Source: an uncultured Holophaga sp. (lineage in GTDB: Bacteria; Acidobacteriota; Holophagae; Holophagales; Holophagaceae). From it: a DNA stretch of 64,000 bases. Location: the NCBI GenBank assembly GCA_963664825.1, contig OY761614.1, positions 2,208,001 through 2,272,000 on the forward strand. Reading direction: 5' to 3'. Shown piece by piece: positions 18,428 through 27,857 of the stretch. Position numbers and translations under genes: made by a program. Below the pieces are notes generated by a model. It saw only the letters and a list, made by a program, of their open reading frames with translations, did no database searches and had not been told where the DNA came from. Every line of letters starts with the position of its first letter. The stretch's first letter is position 1.

Positions 18428-18452
18428 AAGCGGCCCCAGGAAGGGGCCGCTT
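18428..18452. terminator. Hairpin downstream of metalloprotease
   Basis: AAGCGGCCCC-N5-GGGGCCGCTT. Confidence 0.6.
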
Positions 18453-18473
18453 CGGCAGGAGGGTTTCCCGGTC

Positions 18474-21005
18474 TCAATCCTCCGTGAGCTCGGGCCAGCA
18501 GGATTCTGTGGCGCCGCGCCTCAGGGTGGGCATGGCGGGGGCTGGGGCAGGGGTGTTCTTGGGGTCCAGGAAGCGGGTGATCTGGTCCTTCAGGTCCTCG
18601 AGGTGGGCCCGGGTGGCGCGATCCGGCGCCTTGAGGGCCCGGGAGGAGGCCAGGCTCTGGATGCTCTTCAATTCGGCCCGCACGGCCCCCCGGGTATCGT
18701 CCGGGGCGGGGGGCGGCGCCAACCGTGCCCCCAGGAGTTCCACATAGATGCGCTGGAGGCCCCGGCGGTAGGGATCGATGCGGCCTCCGGTGCTGAGCTC
18801 GGTGAGGATCCCTCCTCGCAGCTCCGTCAGGAACTGGCCGAGGGTGTAGGCCTTGTCGCCCAGGATGGCCTCGTGCTCCTGCAGGTGCATCATGCGGTTC
18901 TGGGCCAGCAGTTCTCCCAGGATGCCGCGCTGCAGGTTCCCGAGCCGCCCCTGGCCGCTGCCGGGTTCCAGCTTGCGCAGCAGATCGGCGGGCAGGATCC
19001 AGGAGGGGGTCTTGAAGAGATTCTCGTTGAGGAACTTCACGGCCTCGCTTTGTCGTGCCCTGGAGAGGGGCGTGAAGCGCGGGCCGACCTGGAGCCCAAC
19101 CTTGGGCTCGCTATCGTAGCCGCCCACGAGATTGGCCACATGGCCCAGTTCCCGGCCCCACTGGCCCAGGGTTGCCGCATAGAGGTGCCCGAGCTTTTCA
19201 AAATCTTCGCCGGGCTTGAGGGTGGCCTGGGGCAGCATGGTCATGACGCGTTTGAGGTTGCGAGTGCCCAGCGTCGTGGCCTTCACCGGGTCCATGTCGC
19301 CCACGGCTTCGGCTTCCTCGCCGGGGTCCGTGCCCTGGCTCCCGGCCGTGCTGAAGCGCAGCCAGGGCGTGGTCTCCTGGGGCTTGCACCAGGCGTCCAG
19401 GGTGGGCTTTTCCGCATCCGGCGTCTTGGCATCCGGGATGGGCGTGTAGCCCCACTTGATGGCGAAGATATCGTAGGGTCCCACCTTGGGGATCAGCAGC
19501 TTGGGATCGATGCCATCCTCGGGTTGGACGAGGTAGTTGAAGCGGCTGTAGTCCATGAGCGTCGCCACGTGTCCCATCTTCTCCAGCCAGGCCTTGTCAC
19601 GGAGCTTTTCCACCGGATAGGTGGCGCTGGATTTGAAGTTGTGGGGCAGGCCCAGGGAATGGCCGATCTCATGGGTGATCACGTAGGTCAGCAGCTCGCC
19701 CATGAGTTCGTCGGGCATGGGGAGTGTGGCCACGCGCTTATCCAGGGGGCCCACCTGGGTGAAGTACCAGTCGGTCTGGAGCTGGAGGATATTCTGGTAG
19801 ATCTCGATATCGGCTTCCAGGATCTCGCCGCTGCGGGGGTCGGAGACGTGGGGGCCCATGGCGTTGGCCGTGCGGGAGGGCACCCAGCGGATCACACTGT
19901 AGCGGGCATCATCGGCACTCCATTCGGGATCCTGTTCCGGTGTGGGAGCCTCCTTGGCCTGGATGGCGTTCAGGAATCCGGCCTCCTCGAAGGCGGGCTT
20001 CCAGGCCTCGATGGCCTTCTTGACGAAGGGCACCCACTGCTTGGGTGTGGCCGGGTCCACGTAGAAGACGATGGGCTTGACGGGTTCACTCTTGGCGGCG
20101 CTGGGGTCCTTCTTCTCCAGGCGCCAGCGAGCGATGAACTTGCGGCGCATCACCTCGTGATCGGCGCGGCCGTAATCCGTGTGGCCGTGGCTGAAGAAAC
20201 CCACCCGGTCATCCTCCAGGCGGCCCATCATGGGCTTCTCCGGGAGCTGGACGAAGCTGTAGTGGATGACGGCCGTGCGGGTGGGGGGCGGGGGCATCAT
20301 GGCCGCGAACTGGGGCGGAAGGCCCGGCGGAAGGGGGGTCGGCTGTGGGTTGAAGGTCTGGGTGGCCTCCACATTCAGGTTCAGGGGGAAGGCCTTCACC
20401 TTGTCTACGAAGCTGCGGCTGCTGTCCATGCCCGTGGCCTGCATGGCCCGCCTGGCGGAGAGTTCACTCACATCCGAGGTGAAGAGCCTCGTCACTTCGA
20501 TGACCGGAGCGCCATCCTTGGCGAAGGCTTCAACAGGGAAGCTCATCAGGATGCCCGGCGTGCTCATGGCCTCCACGGCCTTGGCCACGGGGTTAGAGGG
20601 ATCGGCCACATGATTGAAGGAGATGGCTCGGAGCAGCACCTTATTATCCCGCAGCTCCCAGCGCACCACCTCGTTGCCGACTCCCTGGCCGGGATAGCTG
20701 GCGTCCGCAGGGCTCTTCTTCACCACCACCACGACCAGCAGATCCTTGTCGAGTTGGGCTTTGGGGATCTCGAAGTAGACCTTACTCTTGCTCGTATGGA
20801 CATTGAAGAGGCCCTGCTGGGATTTCAGGGCCGAGGTGATCACCTTGTCGTAGGGCTTGGGCTCGCCCTCGACGGGCTTGGGAGCCTCCGGCCTCCCGCT
20901 GGTCGCCTGGCCATTGCCCGGTGGGGGCAGATGGGGTTTCTCCTGAGCCACGAGACAAGTGGCCACCAGGGCCATGATGAAGGGGTGGAATCGCGGCGCG
21001 CTCAC
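18474..21005 (-). CDS. Secreted zinc-dependent metalloprotease (EcxA/DUF5117-DUF5118 type)
   Basis: HEIGHSLGLPHN, Met-turn TLMDY, DPRSGEIL, DDRVGFF; signal peptide. Confidence 0.9.
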   Translation of the reverse strand: MSAPRFHPFIMALVATCLVAQEKPHLPPPGNGQATSGRPEAPKPVEGEPKPYDKVITSALKSQQGLFNVHTSKSKVYFEIPKAQLDKDLLVVVVVKKSPADASYPGQGVGNEVVRWELRDNKVLLRAISFNHVADPSNPVAKAVEAMSTPGILMSFPVEAFAKDGAPVIEVTRLFTSDVSELSARRAMQATGMDSSRSFVDKVKAFPLNLNVEATQTFNPQPTPLPPGLPPQFAAMMPPPPTRTAVIHYSFVQLPEKPMMGRLEDDRVGFFSHGHTDYGRADHEVMRRKFIARWRLEKKDPSAAKSEPVKPIVFYVDPATPKQWVPFVKKAIEAWKPAFEEAGFLNAIQAKEAPTPEQDPEWSADDARYSVIRWVPSRTANAMGPHVSDPRSGEILEADIEIYQNILQLQTDWYFTQVGPLDKRVATLPMPDELMGELLTYVITHEIGHSLGLPHNFKSSATYPVEKLRDKAWLEKMGHVATLMDYSRFNYLVQPEDGIDPKLLIPKVGPYDIFAIKWGYTPIPDAKTPDAEKPTLDAWCKPQETTPWLRFSTAGSQGTDPGEEAEAVGDMDPVKATTLGTRNLKRVMTMLPQATLKPGEDFEKLGHLYAATLGQWGRELGHVANLVGGYDSEPKVGLQVGPRFTPLSRARQSEAVKFLNENLFKTPSWILPADLLRKLEPGSGQGRLGNLQRGILGELLAQNRMMHLQEHEAILGDKAYTLGQFLTELRGGILTELSTGGRIDPYRRGLQRIYVELLGARLAPPPAPDDTRGAVRAELKSIQSLASSRALKAPDRATRAHLEDLKDQITRFLDPKNTPAPAPAMPTLRRGATESCWPELTED

Positions 21006-21283
21006 GGGATCTCCTCGAAGGGCATTCCCTGATGGAATGGAAATATCATCATAATACGAGGCAAGCTCGATGGGAGGCGCTCTCGCGAGTGCACCCCGCC
21101 GAAAAAGGTTGTATCAATCGTGATGCACTCCCATGGGGGCAAAGCCCCCTCTGGCGCCCGTCAAAGCAGTGCGTTCGCGGGTTGTCACCCCTCTGGTTGC
21201 ACTGCCGTGCCCCCAGACCCCTGCCACGTGGTGTACCAGTCTGCTTTCGATAGGCACGTGTCATTCTGACGGGCACCACTAGG

Positions 21284-22066
21284 ATGAGAGTCATGTCCAA
21301 TCTCGATGCCGAATTCCTCCCCTACCAACACCTCCACGGAGCCAAGGGTTCGCTCCATCCGGAAGCCGGGGCCTGTTTCATCTGCGAGGGACGCTTCCTG
21401 GTGGAATCGGCCCTCGAGGCCGGTCGGGAAGGGAAGTTGCGCGTGCTTTCGGTGCTCGCCACCCCCGAGACCTCGGAAGCGTTGGCACCCCTGATCCCGG
21501 AAGGCACGCGGGTGTTGGGTCTCGAGGAGGAGGAGCTGCAGGCGCTGGTGGGTTTCCCCTTCCATCGGGGCCTCCTCTGCGCCGTGGCCACACCCAACGA
21601 GCCCCCCGAGGCGCAGCTGCTCGCGGCGAAGCGTTTGGTGGTGCTGCCCCACGTGGACAATGTGGACAATCTGGGGCTGATCCTCCGGAGCGCGGCCTCC
21701 CTGGGGATGGATGGCGTCCTGACGGGCCGGGGCCCTGGCGTCTTCGAACGCCGCACGGTGCGCGTCTCCATGGGGGCCGCCTGGACCCTGCCCGTCTGGC
21801 AGCGGGAAGATCCTGCGCCTTTGTTGGAACAGTGGCGCGCCCTAGGCGGCGAGATCATTGGCGCGGCCCTGGCCCCTTCGGCCCTGGATGCGCGGCACTG
21901 GGAACCCGCTCCCCGCACGGCCCTGGTGTTGGGCCCCGAGGCCTACGGCTTGGACAGGGCCTGGCTGGGTCGTTGCGATTGTCTCGTGGCCATCCCCATG
22001 GCCAAGGGCATGGACTCCCTCAATGTTGCCGCCGCCGGGGCCATCCTGATGTTCCAAATGCTCTGA
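21284..22066 (+). CDS. TrmH/SpoU family RNA methyltransferase
   Basis: DNLGLILRSA, RVSMG, LGPEAYGL, IPM..DSLNVAAA. Confidence 0.92.
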   Translation: MRVMSNLDAEFLPYQHLHGAKGSLHPEAGACFICEGRFLVESALEAGREGKLRVLSVLATPETSEALAPLIPEGTRVLGLEEEELQALVGFPFHRGLLCAVATPNEPPEAQLLAAKRLVVLPHVDNVDNLGLILRSAASLGMDGVLTGRGPGVFERRTVRVSMGAAWTLPVWQREDPAPLLEQWRALGGEIIGAALAPSALDARHWEPAPRTALVLGPEAYGLDRAWLGRCDCLVAIPMAKGMDSLNVAAAGAILMFQML

Positions 22067-22079
22067 AGCGGAGGCTCCG

Positions 22080-22598
22080 TCAGTAGATCCGCTTGAAGAG
22101 CACTTCGTTCTCGAGATAGATGTGCCGGGTCAGACTCTCCGCCAAGGTCTCGCAGGCCGCGTAGAGGCTCGCCTGAACGGGGACGGCATCGGCTGGCGGG
22201 GCGAAGTCGTTGGTGATGCGCCGAATGCGCTTGAGCAGGCCTTCGGCGGCGCGATGCTCGTCCTCGAAGAGTTCAAGGGGGTCCATGAGCTCGGCTTTTT
22301 CATCCACCTCCCGGCCCTGGTCCTTGGCGAGGATGGCGGGAAACAGGGTGACTTCTTCCATCTTCAGGTGGGCACGCATCTCCGTGCAGAACAGATCCAC
22401 CTCGTCCCGGATGGCCAGGAGCATGGGAATCCTGTGGCCTTCCAGGGAGGCCGCTTCTTCGGCCAGGCATTCCAGTTCGGCCATGCCGAAGCGGGTTTCC
22501 CGGTGGTACCGCTTCAGGATGTGCTGGACCAACTCCGTGAGTGGAGCTTCCTTCCAGCCGTCCAGTTCCGCGCGGGCCTCATCCCAGTTTTGAGCCAT
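22080..22598 (-). CDS. Hemerythrin-domain protein, RIC/YtfE-like (no ScdA_N domain)
   Basis: HILKRYH, HLKMEE..LFP, EH, HIYLENEVLF. Confidence 0.85.
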   Translation of the reverse strand: MAQNWDEARAELDGWKEAPLTELVQHILKRYHRETRFGMAELECLAEEAASLEGHRIPMLLAIRDEVDLFCTEMRAHLKMEEVTLFPAILAKDQGREVDEKAELMDPLELFEDEHRAAEGLLKRIRRITNDFAPPADAVPVQASLYAACETLAESLTRHIYLENEVLFKRIY

Positions 22599-22851
22599 GT
22601 GGATTCCTTGCCTGTGAACCGTGAACAGATGGGGGGTGTTTCCCCTAGTCCCTATCTTGCCAGTGGAGGAGCCGAATGGGGCTCGTCCTTGGTTGGGGAA
22701 AGCTGAGCTGTTGGGGATCGCCGTGGATTGAGCCGAAGCCTAAAAATATTTATAAACACCTGGCTCATGATTTCTTGCATCCAGCATTCCGTTGGTTTTA
22801 CCATCGGAACCCATCCCTCCGACATGCTAGAGCATTCCAGTAGGCCACCTC

Positions 22852-23517
22852 GTGCATCATCACGGTAATTCCAGGTTCCGCGGTTCACCGGGCCTCTCGC
22901 TCGAGCATAGCGGGCGTAGCCTTCAGGCGAGGCACTGGACCTTGTTGCTGGTGCTTAATCTCTTTGGAACCCTGGTGGCCCAGGATCCGAAGATTCCGGC
23001 CCGCATTCTGGCTTTCGAGGGTATCCCTCGGTCGGTCAAGGTGGGAGAGTCCGTGGAACTGCGCTGGGTTGCCAGAGGAACAGATAAGGTGCGTCTGGAT
23101 CCCTCCGGCGAAGAACTCCCTGCTCAGGGACGAATGACGCGGGTTCTCGGGAAAAGCACCCTGTTCTGGCTCCATGCCATCAACGCCAAGGGCGGAGAGA
23201 GTGTGCCCCTGGTGATCGAGGTCCGCCCCTCCCGCGTGGCCTCTCAGAGGCCTCTTGAGGCTTCAAATGGAAATTGGATCCAGTTCGCCGCCCTGGCTGA
23301 TGAATCCAGGGCCCAGCAGCTGGGAAAGACGTTGGAGCAGCTCTCGGGGCATCCGGTCAGTCTTTCCACTGTGGAGGCACCTAAACGCCCGGGCCAAAGG
23401 CTCCATAGGATCCGCATGGGTCCCTTTGCCACAAGGGACGAGGCACGGCGCCGCCTGAAGGATATCGCATCCAGAATCCTGCCTCTCCGCTTGAAGCCCT
23501 GGCTGGCGGAGGATTGA
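22852..23517 (+). CDS. SPOR-domain protein; start uncertain
   Basis: C-terminal WIQFAAL...HRIRMGPFATRDEA; N-terminal hydrophobic segment. Confidence 0.7.
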   Translation: MHHHGNSRFRGSPGLSLEHSGRSLQARHWTLLLVLNLFGTLVAQDPKIPARILAFEGIPRSVKVGESVELRWVARGTDKVRLDPSGEELPAQGRMTRVLGKSTLFWLHAINAKGGESVPLVIEVRPSRVASQRPLEASNGNWIQFAALADESRAQQLGKTLEQLSGHPVSLSTVEAPKRPGQRLHRIRMGPFATRDEARRRLKDIASRILPLRLKPWLAED

Positions 23518-23733
23518 TCGCAACATTCGAGGGGAAGTCGGCATCTTTGTCGGGAAATGGAAATTGCAAAGCCTCGACCCCGGCTCATGATCAGCATGTT
23601 TCCATTGGGGGAACCCTGCCCAGGTCTCTTTTGTCATAGTTGTGTGCATGGTTCTTTAGTTAAACGTGATCAATGGAACTTTGCTGTTGCTTTCCCAAAT
23701 ATAGGATAGAATGACTCCTCACAAGGAGCCCAC

Positions 23734-24261
23734 ATGAATACCCTCAAATACGAAGCTGGTACGGGAAAAGGGAATCGCGCCGTGTTCGTTTGCGGTAAGG
23801 CCACCGTTCCCGCCGCCATGATCTCTCGCCTTCTCAAGGAAATCGAAGGGAAGCCTGAGGCCACCCAGGCCCGTATCCTTATTTCCAAAATTGCTCCCCG
23901 CCATGGCGCCTTTCTGGAGGCCATGGAGAAGGCAGAGATCAGCTACCAAGTGGCCATCCAGACGATGATCGAGCTTGCTCCTGTCAAAACGAAGGGTACG
24001 CCCCGCATTACGAAGGAAGCCTCTGCTGTAGCGAAACTGCTCTGCCGGAAATACAGCAACAAGACCGCCGACGAGATGTTTGCTTCCTTCATCGAGACGG
24101 TGTTCCGCCCCGAGTTCAAGACCCTCGTGCTCGAATTGACGGGTGAAAATGAGAAGAAATTCGGCCGGAATACTCAAGGACGGATCCGTGTGCGTCCCGA
24201 GCGCAAGGATCTGGCTGGCAATGCCGCCAAGGCGCGGGCGGGGCGAAAGAAGAAGGCGTAG
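23734..24261 (+). CDS. Hypothetical basic protein
   Basis: 175 aa; AAGGAG RBS; no recognised motif. Confidence 0.7.
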   Translation: MNTLKYEAGTGKGNRAVFVCGKATVPAAMISRLLKEIEGKPEATQARILISKIAPRHGAFLEAMEKAEISYQVAIQTMIELAPVKTKGTPRITKEASAVAKLLCRKYSNKTADEMFASFIETVFRPEFKTLVLELTGENEKKFGRNTQGRIRVRPERKDLAGNAAKARAGRKKKA

Positions 24262-24305
24262 TTCGTCGGGAATAGATGACAGGCCTGAACGCAGGTTTGG
24301 ATGAA

Positions 24306-24357
24306 ACAAGGGAACCAGGATTGAGGCACCCGCGGGGGCCCATTCTGGTTCCCTTGT
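24306..24357. repeat. 13-bp perfect inverted repeat
   Basis: ACAAGGGAACCAG ... CTGGTTCCCTTGT. Confidence 0.75.
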
Positions 24358-24487
24358 GTTAGGTAGGATCTTCGGTTGGGGCGGGTGGTCTTTCATTCCT
24401 CCATGCCACCAATTTGTAATGGGATTTCCCATTTCCACGGCGAATCGGGTGCACAGTGGAACTGCACACAAACCCTGGAGAACCGCC

Positions 24488-24961
24488 ATGACCCTGAAGC
24501 CTGCCCACCGGAACATGGAGGAAGGCCCCATCACTCGCGGGAAGGGCCTCGATACTCTGGATCGTTTCATCATTCAGAATTGGGCGCCACCGACCCGTTT
24601 TGGCCTTTGGCGCGACCAGTTTGGGGCCCTGGCCGGTCCCAAAGCGTCCCTGGAACACTTCTTCAACGATGCCCTGAAGGTCGGGTGGATGCGCGATGGC
24701 GGCGGGGCGGTGATCACCATCGACCCACCTCAGGATCCATTTGTGACGATTCGGGTGGAGAGCGAGAGCAAGGTCTGGACACCGGAATCCACGTACAACC
24801 CCAAACGTTGGCTTTGGAAGGTGGTGCCCCTGGTGACGGCCCTGGTGAACTTGGAAGCGGCGCGGAGGATGCCCCTGCCGGAAGGGGAGGAGAGCTATCT
24901 GAGAGGCCTGAGGGAAGGCCGATTGAAGGAGGCCTGGGAGGCCTACACCCCGGCTCCTTGA
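24488..24961 (+). CDS. Hypothetical protein
   Basis: 157 aa; GGAG RBS before ATG 24488. Confidence 0.6.
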   Translation: MTLKPAHRNMEEGPITRGKGLDTLDRFIIQNWAPPTRFGLWRDQFGALAGPKASLEHFFNDALKVGWMRDGGGAVITIDPPQDPFVTIRVESESKVWTPESTYNPKRWLWKVVPLVTALVNLEAARRMPLPEGEESYLRGLREGRLKEAWEAYTPAP

Positions 24962-25401
24962 TGGGGTCCAAACCCTGATACGACATCCTCGTCCGCCCTG
25001 TCATTCGCCAATTGCTCGTGCAGGCCGGTGCGGGCGCTCTTGGCCTTCTTCCACCGGGGGATCAGCTTCAAGGCGGCGTTCTCCTCGGCAGCTTTTCGGA
25101 TCACCTCCACCAGCGTCCAGCCCGCATCCCATGCCAGTTTCACGAAGCCCGGTTGGAGTTCATCCTTGAGGATCTCCTCCGCATTGGGGTATTTCAGGAC
25201 GCGGTTCGCCGCCTTGGTGGCCATGATCCGGGCCAGACGATTCTCTTTGATGTCCTCGCTGCCCTCGAAGAGGTAGTAGCTGATCTCCACCTTCTTGCCG
25301 GGCTTGGTCACCAGGAGCAGAGGGGTCCGCTTCTCGGGTACCGGATCGGTGGCCTTGGGGGTGGTGTCTTTCTTGGGCGCGATGGGTTGTGTGCTGGCCA
25401 T
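24943..25401 (-). CDS. Hypothetical protein
   Basis: 152 aa; GGAGG RBS; high-GC3 coding pattern. Confidence 0.65.
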   Translation of the reverse strand: MASTQPIAPKKDTTPKATDPVPEKRTPLLLVTKPGKKVEISYYLFEGSEDIKENRLARIMATKAANRVLKYPNAEEILKDELQPGFVKLAWDAGWTLVEVIRKAAEENAALKLIPRWKKAKSARTGLHEQLANDRADEDVVSGFGPHQGAGV

Positions 25402-25672
25402 GATGAGATCCTCCAGGGTGCCCAGGGCTGGTTGTCCTGGGAGATGGGCAGCCTTGCTTGCCCTCAACCTGAATATTCCAGTCACCATGGCCTTCTGGCA
25501 CGCCATCACCTGCGCCTTGCCGCATCAAATCTAGCTTTCAGAGCCTATCGGGGTGTCGACCAATCGGGTAATAGCCTCCCAACCTCGGCGGGCATTACGG
25601 GCATATAGAATGATTTGGGGCAGTATTTTTATGAAAAATTGGCCGGTGTCCAGATGGGGTTGGGCCGCCTGC

Positions 25673-25846
25673 ACCTAACCGCCCTAATATCAACGCTGCC
25701 CGTAGTCTACGAAGACTCCGGGCAGGGCCTGATCCCTGGAAATTGGTCTATCCGAAGCGGCGCGATGAGGGGAGTGTAGGAATCAGAGCGATTGGTGGTG
25801 GTTGTAAGCGCAAGAGGTAGCGTCAGGGCTGAACGATTGGTTAGGC
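25673..25846 (-). repeat. attC-like site A (chimeric or degenerate)
   Basis: Bounded by ACCTAAC and GTTAGGC; 25752-25846 closely similar to site B, remainder unrelated. Confidence 0.65.
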
Positions 25847-25941
25847 CGTGATTGAGCTTGAGGCTCATGCGGGCCAACCTTGGTTTGGAGACGGATTGGG
25901 ACGAGCGCGATTGTTGGAACCACAACGCCGAAAATGATGAT

Positions 25942-26481
25942 TCATTTTTTTAAGCCAAAGATCTCGCAAACCCACGAGAGTCTGCTTGCTTGAACTCCAA
26001 GAACAAAAGCAGAGACTAAGAAAATAAAATACGCGAGCCAATAATGAAAGGGCACATTGTCCAAGAGCCAGCGAGGAGTTAACTTTTCTGGAGGTGGAAG
26101 CCTAAATTCTGCTTGAGAAGACTCTGGGAGGATGGCCGTAATATTTGATTCGTTAATTTCGTCTGCTCTAGCCAATGTCAGACCACTTTCAAAATCTTCC
26201 CTTGCTGTTAAAAAGACAGCTTTTATTTTTTTTAAAAAATCAAGTTTGGTAGACATAATTACCGGTTTTTCTGCTTCGACGAGAGCCTTAAAGTAAGAGG
26301 AATCATCGCCAAATGCATTTGATATTAGACTACGCACCTTTGCGCGCCAATTTAAGAATTGCTCTTCATCCACTTCTTCATAGGTTCCAACATATTCGGA
26401 ATGTATCGTCCTTCGAGTGGCCTCCAGAGTGGCCAACTGTTCAACAAGTTCCACAAACCGCTTTTCGATTGCCTGGCTCAT
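25942..26481 (-). CDS. Cassette gene: helical N-terminal domain with C-terminal membrane segment
   Basis: AT-rich 179-aa ORF between attC-like sites; PEKLTPRWL..VP..W followed by a hydrophobic helix. Confidence 0.75.
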   Translation of the reverse strand: MSQAIEKRFVELVEQLATLEATRRTIHSEYVGTYEEVDEEQFLNWRAKVRSLISNAFGDDSSYFKALVEAEKPVIMSTKLDFLKKIKAVFLTAREDFESGLTLARADEINESNITAILPESSQAEFRLPPPEKLTPRWLLDNVPFHYWLAYFIFLVSAFVLGVQASRLSWVCEIFGLKK

Positions 26482-26533
26482 TTGGTTCTACTCCGAGTTG
26501 ATGCCTAGTAATGAATTGGCGGAGTTGGGTGTG

Positions 26534-26650
26534 GCCTAACGAGTGAGTTAACCGGCGCTACCGAGGCGGCGCGTTGAGTGGAGATGAGGAATCGGAGTGA
26601 CTGGTGGTGGTTGTAAGTACAAGAGGTAGCGTCCGGGTTGAGCGTTAGGT
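26534..26650 (-). repeat. attC site B (117 bp)
   Basis: GCCTAAC...GTTAGGT; imperfect dyad AACCGGCGCTACC / GGTAGCGTCCGGGTT. Confidence 0.85.
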
Positions 26651-26651
26651 T

Positions 26652-27692
26652 TCACTTGCGACCCCATACACTTACAGACTTGGCATCATAGATTCTTACT
26701 TTACATTTAAATTTGTTTTGAATATTTTCGATATGTCGTTTATTTTCATCTGAATATACACCAATGTAAATGCTATTTAGCTTTGGAAATTCCTTTCGTC
26801 CGAATTTTGCAGCTCGATTGATTGCTTCGATAATGTGTTCGTCGGAAGACCCAAAATTAAATCCGAACGTAACTAATGACCCTGTGATTTTAGACATAGA
26901 ATCATAGCAAAAGGAAAGATAGTGATTGTGCATTATATGAGACAATTTTTCTTTCCCGTCACCTGCGGTCACGAAAATTGGATATTCACCTTTATCCATT
27001 CGTTTTCCAACTTTTTCAAGAAGAAAATTGTGCTGATCATATTCTTCTTTAACGATGTATGCACCTGTATCAAAGAATGGCAGAGCGCCATGTACGTAAA
27101 ATACGTTTTGTTCATCTCTATTTTTTCCCCAGCGTAATTCTGACCAAATAAACTCCTCAGGAGGGTCGTCCGGGTTCTCGAGATCTCTTCCGAATCCATC
27201 CACATGATTTATGACCGCATTTCGCATTAGAACCCAATAGAGAAGTAAATCATAATTGGTGGAAAAAATTAAACCTTCTGTGTCAAGAAATATCTTAAGA
27301 AATTCTGAGCATGCCCTGCTCTCTGATTCAGGTATTGTAAACACGTGTTCTGGATGAAGAGATTTTACCGCATCAAGTAGGCTTGTTTTTAGCTTTTTGC
27401 TAGCTCCATCAATTTTAGCTTTTAGATTTGGATCACCACCAAATGTTTCAATTAGTGACGAAAAATTATCCAATTGTTGCATTATGACTTCGAAATTTTT
27501 TGTCTCGATCACCTTGAGAATTTTGGAAAGATCTTCATTATCGAGTTTTTGAATGAATTCGTGCAACGCATTATAAGAAAAAATCTCCTTATCATAAGAC
27601 ATGCTAAAACCATTGCCGAGTAGCAGGTGAAACTCTCTGTCTCGGTTTTTTGCAATCGATTTTAAAACGTCGTCAAAGGATTCGAGTTCCAT
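26652..27692 (-). CDS. Cassette gene: DUF4917 (SIR2-like fold) protein
   Basis: LLLGNGFS, TNYDLLLYW, DGF, HGAL, PIFV, FG.NF..D.HI; AT-rich. Confidence 0.82.
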   Translation of the reverse strand: MELESFDDVLKSIAKNRDREFHLLLGNGFSMSYDKEIFSYNALHEFIQKLDNEDLSKILKVIETKNFEVIMQQLDNFSSLIETFGGDPNLKAKIDGASKKLKTSLLDAVKSLHPEHVFTIPESESRACSEFLKIFLDTEGLIFSTNYDLLLYWVLMRNAVINHVDGFGRDLENPDDPPEEFIWSELRWGKNRDEQNVFYVHGALPFFDTGAYIVKEEYDQHNFLLEKVGKRMDKGEYPIFVTAGDGKEKLSHIMHNHYLSFCYDSMSKITGSLVTFGFNFGSSDEHIIEAINRAAKFGRKEFPKLNSIYIGVYSDENKRHIENIQNKFKCKVRIYDAKSVSVWGRK

Positions 27693-27733
27693 CGGAAACC
27701 TCCATGTGAAAACTCTGAACAGACGAGGGTGAA

Positions 27734-27857
27734 ACCTAACGATCGAAGCTAACCGGCGCTGCCGAAAGCGGCGCGGAGCGAGAGTGACGGGAAATCCGGA
27801 CGATGATGAGGACGGTGCCTCGCGGAGGCAGCGTCCAGGTTGAGCGCAAGGTTAGGA
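27734..27857 (-). repeat. attC site C (124 bp, canonical)
   Basis: Minus strand TCCTAAC-cttgc-GCTCAACC...GGTTAGC..GTTAGGT; upstream gene's TAA lies in the R'' box. Confidence 0.9.

Noticed and set aside
18348..21032. Long antisense ORFs (also 32149-34662, 34212-36539, 16302-18383, 60428-61996)
   Set aside because: Shadow frames of well-supported genes in high-GC DNA; no motifs.
23638..23665. dif-like XerC/D site
   Set aside because: Partial XerD-arm similarity only; the XerC arm is not at the required 6-bp spacing.
22600..23730. tRNA or tmRNA as the island's integration target
   Set aside because: No cloverleaf or T-arm signature found here or elsewhere in the window by eye.
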